NCBI GenBank assembly: GCA_951406725.2
Contig: OX597815.1
Coordinates: forward strand, 109,988,001 to 110,052,000
Reading direction: 5' to 3'
Source of the DNA: Octopus vulgaris
Taxonomy: Eukaryota
DNA: 64,000 nt
Shown one piece after another: positions 41,102 through 54,374 of the stretch. The translations under genes were made by a program, and so were the position numbers. The notes below the pieces were generated by a model. The model searched no databases and was not told where the DNA came from. It saw nothing but the letters and a program-made list of their open reading frames with translations. Every line of letters starts with the position of its first letter. The stretch's first letter is position 1.

Positions 41102-41480
41102 ATTCTTTTATTCTTTTATTTGTTTTAGTCATTTGACGGCGGCCATGCTGGAGCACAACCTTTAGTCGAACAAATCGACCCCAGAACTTATTCTTTGTAA
41201 GTCCAGTACTTATTCTATCGGTTCTTTTGCCGAACCGCTAAGTTATAGGGACGTAAACACAATAGCATCGGTTGTCAAGCGATGGTGCTGGAAGAAACAC
41301 TGACGCACAAATACACACAATCACTCACACACACACATATATGCGATGGGCTTCTTTCAGTTTCCGTCTACCAAATCCACTCACAAGTCTTTGGTTGGCC
41401 CGAGGCTATAGCAGAAAACACTTGCTTAAGGGGCCACGCAGTGGGACTGAACACGGGACCATGTGGTTGGGAAGCAAGCT
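41102..41480 (-). mobile_element. SINE family B, full length
   Basis: Reverse complement of 20134-20496 / 29834-30227; the head may extend to about 41500. Confidence 0.9.
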
Positions 41481-42044
41481 ACTTACCACACAGTCACTCC
41501 TATAATATTATAGGTACAAATTTTAACACTGGACACAAACTGCGGTGTTTCTTCCAGGTTTACGGTCTGAATCCAAATTTTATCGAGGCCGACAAAAAAA
41601 AAAAAAAAACAGAATTATTAAATATAATTCTATACAGGTACAAGTTTAATTTCATGAACGTGTACATACGTAAAATACACTATATGAAAAATTTGATACT
41701 TGATATATAAGAGGAAAACGTCTGTTTAAACCAACCCATTACCCTTGCCCATATTATGCATTAAACTTGTCCTTGATTTACTAATTTATATCCACATTTC
41801 AAGGCAATACGCACGTAAACTGTCTACCCCTACCTAAATATAGATAACGTGAACCACCAATGTTTCTGCAGATATATTGATCTTGCTATCACTGGATGGC
41901 TCAAAACTACAAAGTGACTTTCTACATATAGATTTGTTATTTCGGCAAACCCAGAAGAAATTCGTCTCTACTACTTCAATGGACCTAACTACCACACCCA
42001 GGCACATGCTCATACAAACACACACCTATATATATATATCTATC

Positions 42045-42075
<31 letters not shown>

Positions 42076-42546
42076 AATATATTGTTTTACATTTCCAATA
42101 TACACAACTGTACTCTCCTGGTAAGGGATCTACCAATTGTATACTATGTTCTTGATGTACACATTTTTTATCAGTTACCGGTTTGCAGCTGTTTGATCAA
42201 TATGGGAAAATTGAACACCTACTTTGTATACCTTTATATAGAGATTCGATTTGAAGTAATTTTTAACTTAATTAATTAATTTTCTGGGAGCCTGAACTGA
42301 AACAGCTGTAAGGGATATTTGCCAATTTTTTAATTCATAAATAATAATTTATTAATTACCTTTCTATTCTCTCATATTATTATTATGATGAATGATATAT
42401 ATATATATATATATAAACCACGGTTTATATAGTTTCCTTGCAGTAGAGTATTAAATATAATGTCCAATACTCTTTGTATAGGTAATTAACCAGTACTCTC
42501 ATAAGATTTTGCTATCCCTGAATGAGACTTGCAAACTTTAGCTGTG

Positions 42547-42627
<81 letters not shown>

Positions 42628-42629
42628 AC

Positions 42630-42940
42630 ATGGGATTGCACCTAGAAAGTTACCCTCCTAGACACAAGTCCGGGCAAGGTTGTTTATGGAGGACCAGCAG
42701 TCGCCCATGCATACCAGCCTCCCCTCTCCACGCCACCAGTGTTATCCAATGGAAAGACAAAGGTCGATACAGCTTGGCACCAGCGACGTCGCAACTCATT
42801 TCTACAGCTGAGTGAACTGGAGCAACGTGAAATAAAGTGCCTTGCTCGAGAACACAACACGCAGCCCGGTCCGGGATTCGAGCTCAAAACCTCACGAACG
42901 TAAGCTCGACGCTCTAACCACTGAGCCATGCGCCTTCACA
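42630..42940 (-). mobile_element. tRNA(Arg)-like SINE, family D
   Basis: Minus-strand head GTGAAGGCGCATGGCTCAGTGGTTAGAGCGTCGAGCTTACG; matches 48900-49237. Confidence 0.9.
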
Positions 42941-43092
42941 TCTATACATACATACATACATATTGCAGAGATAAAATCAAATAGAGAGATACAATTGACA
43001 ATCCAGTAATTTATTTATATTATTACATAACATACTATGAATATAATATAACATAACATAGAATAACATAAACAATCATTAAAACATCAAAA

Positions 43093-43172
43093 GGCCAACA
43101 ATTTGTTTCGACTTATATATACATTTTTTGATATATAAACAATTCCCTTATATATAAGTCTCATCCGAGGAA
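43093..43172 (-). ncRNA. Degenerate hammerhead-like motif with a long stem II in an AT-rich PLE-like fragment
   Basis: Minus strand CGGATGA-GACTTATATATA...TATATATAAGTC-GAAACAAATTGT-T; 12-bp stem II, weak stem I, core mismatch. Confidence 0.45.
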
Positions 43173-43934
43173 GAGTTTAAAGATAGACGAAATTTCGTGT
43201 GAAAGGATGGTTGGAATGAAAAAAATTCATTCAAATACCTATGTATTATGAGCGTGAGCGTTAACTATTCAATTACATATTAATTACAATTAAAAACCAG
43301 AAAAAAATTTTAATGGACAAAATAATTAAGTGTAATTCTACAACTATCGAAATATATTTCTATATATCTCAAAAATTATTTATCTAAACTCGTTTATGTC
43401 AAAGATAATCTTTCGCTATTATAATATGCAACACTAGTATATATATATGTAAATATAATTAAGTATCAGGGTCTTGCTTCATCTAGAACTGTAATAAAAT
43501 GTGTAAATAAATATAAATGATAATTATATCTTTAGTACATAAAAACTCTTCTATTTATTTAAAGTTATTGATATAAAAGAACATTGTCTAATGTGACTAA
43601 TAGAAATGTTCTCTAATTATTGTTTATTGGAGGGATAATTCCGTAATAAATATGAATAGAGATCTAATAAAAAAAATTTCTTTGTTTACTTAATTTATCG
43701 TAGGGAGAATTCCGTAAAAAATATGAAGATAAACTTAAAGCTGTAAACACTATAACCTAAATACTCCATAGATATAGAGTTAAGCTATAATAATGGATAT
43801 CAACATATTACTAGTTTTTTTTAGAAGTAACCGGATTTGGAGTTACTTAAATAGGGATTATTATTCGTATATTATGGAGGGGAGAACTCTGTAAATAAGT
43901 AAAAGTTAAGTAATATAACAAAGAATTGCTCACG

Positions 43935-43990
<56 letters not shown>

Positions 43991-44575
43991 ATATATATAT
44001 ATATTATATCATATCATATATATGCAGCATTATAGATATATGTATATGTACTAATATACATATGTATATATACATGCATGCATATATACATATTTAAAAA
44101 AATTAAATGACTAGAAATAGTATATATACAAATTTATTAATCCTTTCAGAATTAACAAAATAACATTGTTGTAATAAAAATAAAAGTTGTAAACTATACA
44201 ATATAATAATTACTTTATGTATTAAATTTCTTTATTAAGTCAAATAAAACTATTTATCTATTATTATCATTATTATCATTATTATAGTTGTCATCAATTA
44301 ATTAATAAATAAATTGAATGTATTTATACATATATTCATTTAGTATAAGGTAGACAAGCATATATATGAATATGTGGGCACAGGACGCCACGAAACATGT
44401 ACAACAAAAAATACGAAGCATGAGTTATATACGTGTAGATGTAGGTATGTATATATATGCATGCATATATGTATACATAGATATATTATTGATATTATCA
44501 TGTGATTGAACGCCACGCATCCTCTTCCAAGCAAGTTTTATCTCTCTCTATATATATACATGTATGTATGCACAC

Positions 44576-44634
<59 letters not shown>

Positions 44635-44638
<4 letters not shown>

Positions 44639-44800
44639 TCTTTATTACCCACAAGGGGCTAAACACAGAGGGGACAAACAAGGGCAGACAAAGGGATTAA
44701 GTCGATTACATCGACCCCAGAGCGTAACTGGTACTTAATTTATCGACCCTGAAAGGATGAAAGGCAAAGTCGACCTCGGCGGAATTTGAACTCAGAACGA
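44635..44800 (-). mobile_element. SINE family A variant, 5'-truncated, inserted in (TA)n
   Basis: GTCGATTACATCGACCCCAG...GAAAGGATGAAAGGCAAAGTCGACCTCGGCGGAATTTGAACTCAGAACG. Confidence 0.9.
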
Positions 44801-44801
44801 A

Positions 44802-44833
<32 letters not shown>

Positions 44834-44969
44834 CAATATATGCAGTATTACAGATATATGTATATGTACTTATATACATATGTATGTATAAATATATGCA
44901 TAATACGTATATATAGATATACACGCATACACACATACATATATATAAATAAATATATATATGTATGTA

Positions 44970-45014
<45 letters not shown>

Positions 45015-45035
45015 GTATGTATATGTATATGTATA

Positions 45036-45080
<45 letters not shown>

Positions 45081-46234
45081 TGTCCCATAGTCATGTATTT
45101 TTTATTAATGGTTAATATTTTGTAGGTTTGCTTTGAACGTAAATGTCTGTTACGTCCCTTGTATCACCAACTCTTCCAAAAATAAGCAGAATGACAATAA
45201 ATATTGCCTTCTCGCATATGCACTGAATAATTTCTCCTGATAAATCAAGTGTAGCACGGTTACAATCGGCTCACAAGCCAATATAATTAAATCGTGTCAT
45301 GATAACCTTTTCCTTGCATAAGAGAATGAAGCGAGTGTTAAGGACACATTCATAAACAGAATATTTAATTGTAAAGTATGCTCATTAGACATGGAAACAT
45401 CTTTTATGCAGTCGTGTTAATAAGCAGTGACATCCAATACATACTTAAAAGCTCATAATAATCGACACACACATACGCACAAGCGTACACACATCACTCT
45501 CTCCCTCTCTTTTTCATCTCGCTCTCTTTCTGTCTTTCTCATATCTCTCGCTTAAACGTGAAGGTCCCCTTGTTCAGACGATGTAAGATTAACTTTTGTT
45601 ATTGCTTAGTACCAGACTAGATGTTATCTATCGGGCATACCTGTAATGAAAGCTAATCAAGATTTGACCTTTTAATATTGTGTATCTAGAAACCACATTG
45701 CAATGGTTTTTAGCCTATGCCTCTATGCTTTATGTGTGTTTGTTGATGTTAAAACCCAAGACAGATGTTCCAGTAATGACCATCACCCTTGCTTTGTACA
45801 TGAAAGGCTGCAACATATCCTAAACGGTAGAATGTAATTGCAACACACGCGTGTGCACGCGTACACACCCAAGCATATTGCCTTGCTATGCTTTGTCTTC
45901 AATTTTCATCTTCTGATGGAATTACAAGGACGTTGTTGTAGAGAATGCTTTAAACATATTTTAGATCTGGTGGAGCCTATGCTTATGAGTTCTGGCCTTA
46001 GGCAATTTTTTTACAGAGATAGAAACACACGCAGATACGGAGAAACAGAATAGTTGTACAAGACTTGCATATTATTTATCAACACTGAATGGATGTCCTT
46101 AGCTGTATTACAATTATTACATTTCAGAAAGCACAGATACGAACATTGACCTCTAAACGATCTACTTTAGGTGATGCATTTTATAGATTTTTCTGTATTA
46201 TTTAAACACACATTTTTCTCAGTCTGTTTCTATA

Positions 46235-46445
46235 ACTAGGGAAATCGTTATCTCGCCGGCAAAACTTCTTGGCGGCATTTCGTCCATCTTTACGTCTTGA
46301 GTTCAAATTCCTCCGAGGTCGACTTAGCATTTCATCCTTCCGAGAACGATGAAATGAGTACCAGCTGAGCACTAAGTGCATATAATCAAGTTATCTCATT
46401 CCCCCCAAACTGCTGGCCGTGTGCCAAATATTGAAACCAATATCA
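46235..46445 (+). mobile_element. SINE family A
   Basis: GAAATCGTTA...GAGTTCAAATTCCTCCGAGGTCGACTTAGCATTTCATCC...GTGCCAAATATTGAAACCA. Confidence 0.8.
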
Positions 46446-46479
46446 AAACTATATCACTACATTCTAAAAGTAGATCGAT

Positions 46480-47925
46480 GTGTTTGTGTCATTATACGCC
46501 AAAATTTGTATGTTTTATGTATGTATTCTCATGTATGTAGTTGCATATCTAGACATGCTCATATATTTTAAAATGATAAACTTCTGGAAAGTTTTATAGA
46601 TTTTTACAGATGGACTGGATCTGTAGTCTTCGAATTAGCTTTCTCCTTTCTGGTTTTCAGAAGCCTAAATTCTCAATATTGGTATTTAGGCAGCGTGTTA
46701 CATATCCCAAGGCTACAATTACGACAGATATAAGCCTGAACTTGTAATCTGGATAGAGTATCTGCGGATTTCTCAATAGTTCAGCATAGGTGTTCTCTTT
46801 CACTGATCTTCAGCTTTATGTTAACATCCGTTAGACAGCTAATTTCCACAACTGTGCACAATTTCTCTTCTTTGTCCCAAATCCTTATATCAGGTCTGTT
46901 GTGCTTACATTTTATTGATGTCTTCACTGGTAGATTCCGCCAGGATTCTTTTTTATTATGAGTGGCTATGCGTTCTACCATACTGTGGGTTCTTATTTGT
47001 TTGCCCTCGGGATTATTCTTCCGACGGATTTCATTATAGAGTCTCATGTCTCATCGGTAGATAATACCGTGATGAAATTTTCGGACAACTGCTGATGATG
47101 CGGGTGATATTTTCGGTGTTAACTCCACAAAGTCTGCATTGGTTTTACGGCTTTTCCTACATCTCTATCCCTTTTGTGCATCAGGTATTGGTTGATATTT
47201 CCTCTTCCTGGATTGCAAACGCATGCCATTCAAAGTGGGAGGTAGTAATCCGGCTATAGGTCCATGATAAACTGCTTTGAAGATCGGTGTTACTGTCATC
47301 TCAGAGCTTTCTACTAACATACCAATGTATAGTCTTCTGCTCATAATAGGCTCATCCTTTCATCTGATGATACGTTGTGATAGAGTCGTGCGACTTCTTT
47401 GGACATGTATTCTAGGTTATCAGACAAAGAGTGTTGCTCAGATAGCTGCCTTCCAAGTGCTATATATGCTATCAGCCTCATGTAAGCAAACCTGGTCAAG
47501 GGTAGCACTTCGACACTTGGTGGTTAAAAGATGTTGCCGAAGGGATATAATGCGACATTCAAAGGCATTTTTGATCAATGTTAAGCCTCTGCCGCCTTGC
47601 TTCCGTTTTAGGTTGAGACGGTCTACGTCACTGTATATGTGAAAATTATGTGGGCTTGTTAGTACTTTTCGGGTTTTCACGTCAATGGCTCGGATCTCAT
47701 CAAGCTTCCAATCAAGCAGCCCAAATGTAAGAGTACTGGCACTGCAGACACATTGTGGGCCACTGTTTTGAACGCAAAGAGTTCTGAAGACCAAATTTTC
47801 TTTATTCGGCTGTAATACTCTTTAGTAACATGTGTTTTGTTACAGGTGCCATTGCAAGATATATTTTCATCCACCCCTAGATACCCGTAACATTCCCAGT
47901 CAAATACAGGGGAAACAGTCAAATC
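46480..47925 (-). mobile_element. R4/Dong-clade (restriction-like endonuclease) LINE, 5'-truncated and decayed
   Basis: YGYLGVDEN; RKQGGRGLTLIKNAFECR; zinc knuckle CRLCG..TENITRIISSC (His lost); NRPDIRIWDKEEKLCTVVEISC PD-(D/E)xK-type endonuclease; 5' junction in (TATG)n. Confidence 0.88.
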
Positions 47926-48899
47926 AATGTATGTATGTATGTATGTATGTATGTATGTATGTATGTATGTATGTATGTATGTATGTATGTATGTATGTAT
48001 ACATGTCTGTCTGTATGTATGCATGTACGTATGCATGTCTGTATGTATGTATGTATGTATGTATGTATGTATGCAATGTAATATGATATGATAAAGTACT
48101 ATATACTATATGTAGAATACAAAATGACTGATAAATATATTTAATATTTCCGTCTTTCATCTTACATTGTATGAAAGATGGAAGCATTGCTTTTGAGGAT
48201 TTCTAAACGCATATATTATTACATACGCTCCAGTTGTTTGATTATCACAGCTGTTTCGTACATTTATCTTCCTTTCCCACCTTTATTTCGTTTATAACTC
48301 TACATATTTACTCATCTGCTTTATGGTAGTAACACACTTCTAATTCTTAGTTGAGTTGTGTATTTATGCTTAATAAAAATGATATGCTGAAGCAGGCGTT
48401 GAAAAGGATTTCTTAAATTTGCATATATTTCCAAGCTTCCAATCTAGAGAGTTTATCTTCGTAATCTCGCTTGTAAATCGTATCTACAATCTGTAATACT
48501 GTGTGAGTATTTCGTTTAGTAAAACAAGGAAGGCTAGGCATACAAGGTATGAGAGATAATTGTGAAATAGGTTGTTTTAATTCGTTATGTTATTTTAGTT
48601 GGGATTCTTACGCCAGAAATATTTTCATGCTACTCTAAGATTCTCAATTTTGTGGGCTCAATATTCTACAGTATTACACGTTCTTTGAGGACTTATCTAT
48701 ACTCCTCACTAAATTTGTTATATCAAAAGCTACTATTTAAGAATGATTAATTGTATACCTTCTGCATCGCTTCTGTAAATGAAACAAAATAAAATAATGA
48801 AAAAATAATTATTTGAACCTGGAACATTTTTCCATGATGTTTTCCATTCGTAGATTCCAATAAGTTCTCTTTGAATATCGTTTTCATTGGTTACTCTTT

Positions 48900-49237
48900 G
48901 TGAAGACGCATGGCTCAGTGGTTAGAGCGTTGAGCTTACGATCGTGAGGTTGTGAGTTCAAATCCCGGACCGGGCTGCGTGTTGTGTTCTTGAGCAAGAC
49001 ACTTTATTTCACGTTGCTCCATTTCACTCAGCTGTAGAAATGAGTTGCGACGTCACAGGTGCCAAGCTGTATCGGCCTTTGCCTTTCCCTTGGATAACAC
49101 TGGTGACATAGAGAGGGAAGACCTGTATACATGGGCGACTGCTGGTATTCCATAAACAACCTTGTCCAGACTTGTGCCTGGGAAGGTAACTTTCTAGGTT
49201 CAATCTCACGGTCAGTCAAGACCGTTGGGGGTCTCAA
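48900..49237 (+). mobile_element. tRNA(Arg)-like SINE, family D
   Basis: A box TGGCTCAGTGG, anticodon-like CTTACGAT, B box GAGTTCAAATC, core TTGAGCAAGACACTT. Confidence 0.9.
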
Positions 49238-51536
49238 TATGTTACTCTTTGACTTGTCTCAGTGATTTATTAAACTCTTCAAAACTATGCCTATTGAGGT
49301 TTCTCTATTTAAACTTTATCTTCATTTGTCTTTGTGTTTTCATAATATCCATATCTCGTTTATTGGCAGTTTAAGTTTTATAATCTTGATATTGAGTCGT
49401 CATTTTATTTACCTTTAGAAATGTTGATTTTATATAACAGGAAAATAATATGTAATAAAAAAACAACTTCCAATTACATTTTTCTGCTTATACTTGACTG
49501 TTGATTCACCTAGGCTGTAAGAATTTATGTCATATTTCTCGTGCATTCGTTGTTGTTATTAATGTTGTTTAGCACTAAAACGTAACTGATTTAGAAAGCG
49601 TTCCGACAATGATCATCCCACTTTATTTTGAGACATAGCTTATCTAAGACTATATTATCAAACGTATCCGTCCTTTAAAAAGTCCAATCTAGTTTAGAAG
49701 AGATTGGTTGCGATATCTACAATGTAGAAACTGAGCTCTGTTGTACCATGCTATCTCAGATCAACTCTAATTTCTGACTGGTATTATAATATATAGATCA
49801 CGGAAGCTTGTAAGCCAAAGCAAAATGCAGCGGAATTTGAATTCAGAGCATAAAATACCACAAGGTAATTTTCGATTCGTTAGTTATTCTATTAGTTATT
49901 AATATTAAGTATTATTTCAGTGATATTTTATCACATGATTTTACAGCACAAACCACCGAAATACTCTGAACATTTAAGTGAGGTGTTAATTGAGGAATAC
50001 TTTTTATTGCATGTAATAGGTGTGGAATACCCAGTAGTAATTTTACTGTAAGCATTATTCTGCTTGCCACGACAAACGTTCAAGTGTAAGACTTTCAGCA
50101 GCGAAATCGAAGTTATATTGAGAATTTTCAACATAACGAAACAACGTGGATAGTTATACTCTCCACAATTGTATCTATTATTTTATGGTAGTTGGGAGAA
50201 TCTGAACAGAAGCAAGCAAAATGCCTTGTAGTATCTAGTTACTTATCCCTATCTCTACATTTCGAGTTCAAATTACACTGAAACTCTATTTACCTTTCGT
50301 TCTTCCGATAGTGGTCTATTAGATTATTACTAGTCCAGTACCTCTCTCTCTCACTCTCTCAGTATATATATATATTATGTATATATAGTTCAGGTCTGTG
50401 ATAATGTGCATTACAATTAAATCCCGTCGTTCACATTGCTTCCTTTCTCTGATTTTGCTAAATCATATTCCATATTTTTTATTCTACGTTTGTGATATTT
50501 TCTTCCACCACAGTAAATTACTTTTCTGTAACAATTCTTATTAAGTCATTTAACACATTATATTCATTTGTATTTATTTGCTATATTCGACAATTCTTTT
50601 ACCCAAGACCTATCCCCTACAGAATCACAATTACCCTCTTTTCCTGTTTTAGTTTTTACATATTTTTTATTATCAACTTTATTCTCTTACCCTGGTGTCA
50701 TTATTTGAGTTGTCTCTCTCACTTATTTGCTGGATCCTCCAGTCATTATACTCTTGTGTGGATTTCTCTTATTCAATTCTGCTGTTACATTCTCCCTACT
50801 TTCTCTGCATAGTTTGTTCTGCTCTGATCTTTCTCCCGAACAAACTCCCTTTTCTCCCTTACTCCCCTAATAATAAATTAAGGTTTCTCTCTCTCTCTCT
50901 CTCCATCACTATTAACTCCTGACGGCTCACCGACTGCCTCCACGACCACCAGCCACGACCAGCAGCACCCCGCCGCCGCTACCTCCACCACCACCACCAC
51001 CACCATCACCACCACCACCATAACAACATCAACTACAACCAACAATACCACAAGCACCACACTATAAAGCACATATATTAACTAGACCATCAACACCATC
51101 CTCGTTATCATCATAACTGACGCCACAGCCACCACTAGCACAAACGTTGCCTCTACCATCATTAATATCACCACTACTAACTACAGCACCACCACCACCA
51201 ACAACAACACCGCCACTACCACTACCATTATATCCTGCACTTCTACCACTACCAACACCACCGGGCTATTTTCAATTATTATTTGCTTGGAAAGACCGAG
51301 ATTGGGCAACGATTTTTGATTCATTACTAACTACCCGTAATGGAATCTAAGGAGTGGGGAAACATGACTAACAACCATCACCTCTCTTTCTACTTGATGA
51401 CTTCCGCTTCCGGGCATTTCACGCCTTTCTTACAATCTTCTCCAGTTTTTCCCTGTCTCCTTCACGCTCTTTATATATCCTCTCATCTACAACATATATG
51501 TTCTGCCAAAGTCTTATTACGTTTGCCTCTATATGC

Positions 51537-51583
<47 letters not shown>

Positions 51584-51763
51584 TATATATATATGTATAT
51601 ATATATATATGCACATATATGTATATATATATATATGTATATATGTATGTATATATATATACATACATACATACATAAATATATATATACATACATATAT
51701 ATACATGCATATATATAAGTATATATATATGTATATATATATATGTGTGTGTGTGTATATATG

Positions 51764-51794
<31 letters not shown>

Positions 51795-51862
51795 ATATGT
51801 ATATATATATGACTGAAACAAGTAAAAGAATAAAAGAAAGAATATTAGGTATGTGTGTGTAT

Positions 51863-51923
<61 letters not shown>

Positions 51924-52019
51924 GAACTAATATGTGAATCTATTTATATATGCACATTTAGTAATATATATATGTTTAATATACATACATATATACATAT
52001 ACATACATACATACATACA

Positions 52020-52053
<34 letters not shown>

Positions 52054-52472
52054 CATACATACATATATATATTTGTGTGTGTATGTGTGCATGTGCATGT
52101 TTGGGTGTTCTCTCTCGCGCGCGTATATATATAATTCTATTCATTTGCCTCAACCCTACACGAATAAGGATGCACTCATAAACTTTGTAATGAACGGCTG
52201 GTTCAGACATTTTGTTATCACAACCATTTGACTTTTCCCTTGTGCTGACCTTAATTCTTATCCTCTACAACAACATTTTTATCCCCTTATTCCTCAATCG
52301 TTAAGTTGTTTCACATTCTGCGATTATGATAGTCATAGAATCGAAACCTGTAATTTATGAGGCATGCAGTATGTATATACTTATATATGATATATATATA
52401 TATGAGTGTATGTGTGTGTGTAGGAGTGATTGAGTGTGTGTGCGTGTATGTGTGTGTATGATACTATATATC

Positions 52473-52511
<39 letters not shown>

Positions 52512-53071
52512 TATACACACATGTATGTATGCAGTCTTTCATGCTTTTACATGTATAATATAAAATATATATGTGTCTACACACACGGTTATATTTACAT
52601 ATACGTACAGATAGATCCTTTTCGTAATTACTGTTCATAAGAATGGCAAAACCGTACATAGTTGATATAGAAAATTATACAAAGAACTAAGGTACATACA
52701 GCCACACACATTCACGTACACACACATACACATACACGCACAGAGACATACAGGTAATCATACGCATACATGAATTTTTATTATGGGAAATTGATAGTAA
52801 AATGATGTAGGGCAGTATTATAGTTGGACTAAGACAATTTTGTTTAGAAAATTAGACAGAAATATATTCTTAGCCTGAAGGAAGCTTACTCTTATTACAA
52901 CACACTTTAAGAGTAAAACAGACTACCATATAGTTAATGCCTTTATCTATAATGAGCCAATGAGAGAGTCTGTACGTGGTTACTCGAACTCTTCTGTCGA
53001 TTCTTCTTGACAATACATTCTGCTGTTTCAAAAATGGGGCATGTGATTATTACGTTCTCAGATACACCATG

Positions 53072-53167
<96 letters not shown>

Positions 53168-54374
53168 TAACAGCAACAACAACAACAGCAATAACAACAA
53201 CAACAAAGTTAAATTGGATGTTTACAGCTGGTACGCTCTTGGTCGTAGGTTACATGGAGCAATAATGACCTAGGGCGAAACAACTATAGTTATAATGTCA
53301 ACCTTTACATACGTTTTTATATAAGAGTGTATATGTGTGTGTACGTGTGTAGACATGTATATGAAATGTAAGCGAATGCATTTCCGTTACTTTTGACGAT
53401 GAGTAAACCAGATTTTGAACCAGCTGAACTTCTTACCTTCGTTTGGGTATTGTACAGATACTAGTGCTATATGCGTAATCGCCACTCAGATTCAATGTGA
53501 CGTAAGTGTATGACAATGCTGGACCTCTGAATGACAAGTACGTTCCATTCCTGGAGCTTTTATCCTTCATTCGCTAACAAGGTTATTTGCGGTTATTATG
53601 AAAGTATATGTCAAAAATTGAACGTTTTCAGTAATCAACCTTGACATGATTATTGAATTGTAAAAGGATATGCGAATATATTTTGGGCAAGAGTGTAGGA
53701 CGAAAGAAAACTATAAACCAATCAAACACACCTTTATAAATGACCTGGTTTTGATTCGTTATCCACTGTAGAATAGTAGAAGTGCTTAGATATGAATGTA
53801 GCAAAGGAAGAACAACCATGAAATATAGTATCCGGATAAAAAGCTGGCAATCAGAGTTCTTCTGATATTGTTTCTTGTACCATACTAAATTTTCGGTTCA
53901 CGATAGGATGTTAGCACACCCGAAATAGTGATGTTAACAGCCCCAAATTTTAACAACTGCCAGAAATTTCTACATTAATAGTGAAATTGCATGTCTTTAA
54001 CTGAAAAGATAACAAGAAAACAGAATCTAATCAGCTTTTGAATACTGCATCATATCTCTCTGACAGCGTTTACTGCCAGCCACCACCATCCGCGCTACTA
54101 GTACTGAAGAGAGCTTATAGATTAAAAAGAAATAGCATCGTGCGATTTAAAAAGGAGTTCTTTGATAATTATTTCCTGGGTGATCACCAAAGATGGACAG
54201 CCAGAGATGTTTCACAACTCAAAATCAGATAGAGCTTTCTGCATGCTAGTAGGAAATTGTGAGTGGTTATGTTGTGGTCAAAAAATTCCAAAGTGATGTT
54301 AACATAGACAAGTAATATAATTTATCATAGGCTAACAATTAGTATATTCTTTCTCCCCTTTGAAAGGTAGCTTT

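Noticed and set aside
48900-48975. tRNA-Arg-like sequence (also the heads at 42865-42940, 32169-32240 and 9857-9930)
   Set aside because: Acceptor stems are incomplete and the sequence runs directly into repeat bodies, so these are element heads rather than tRNA genes
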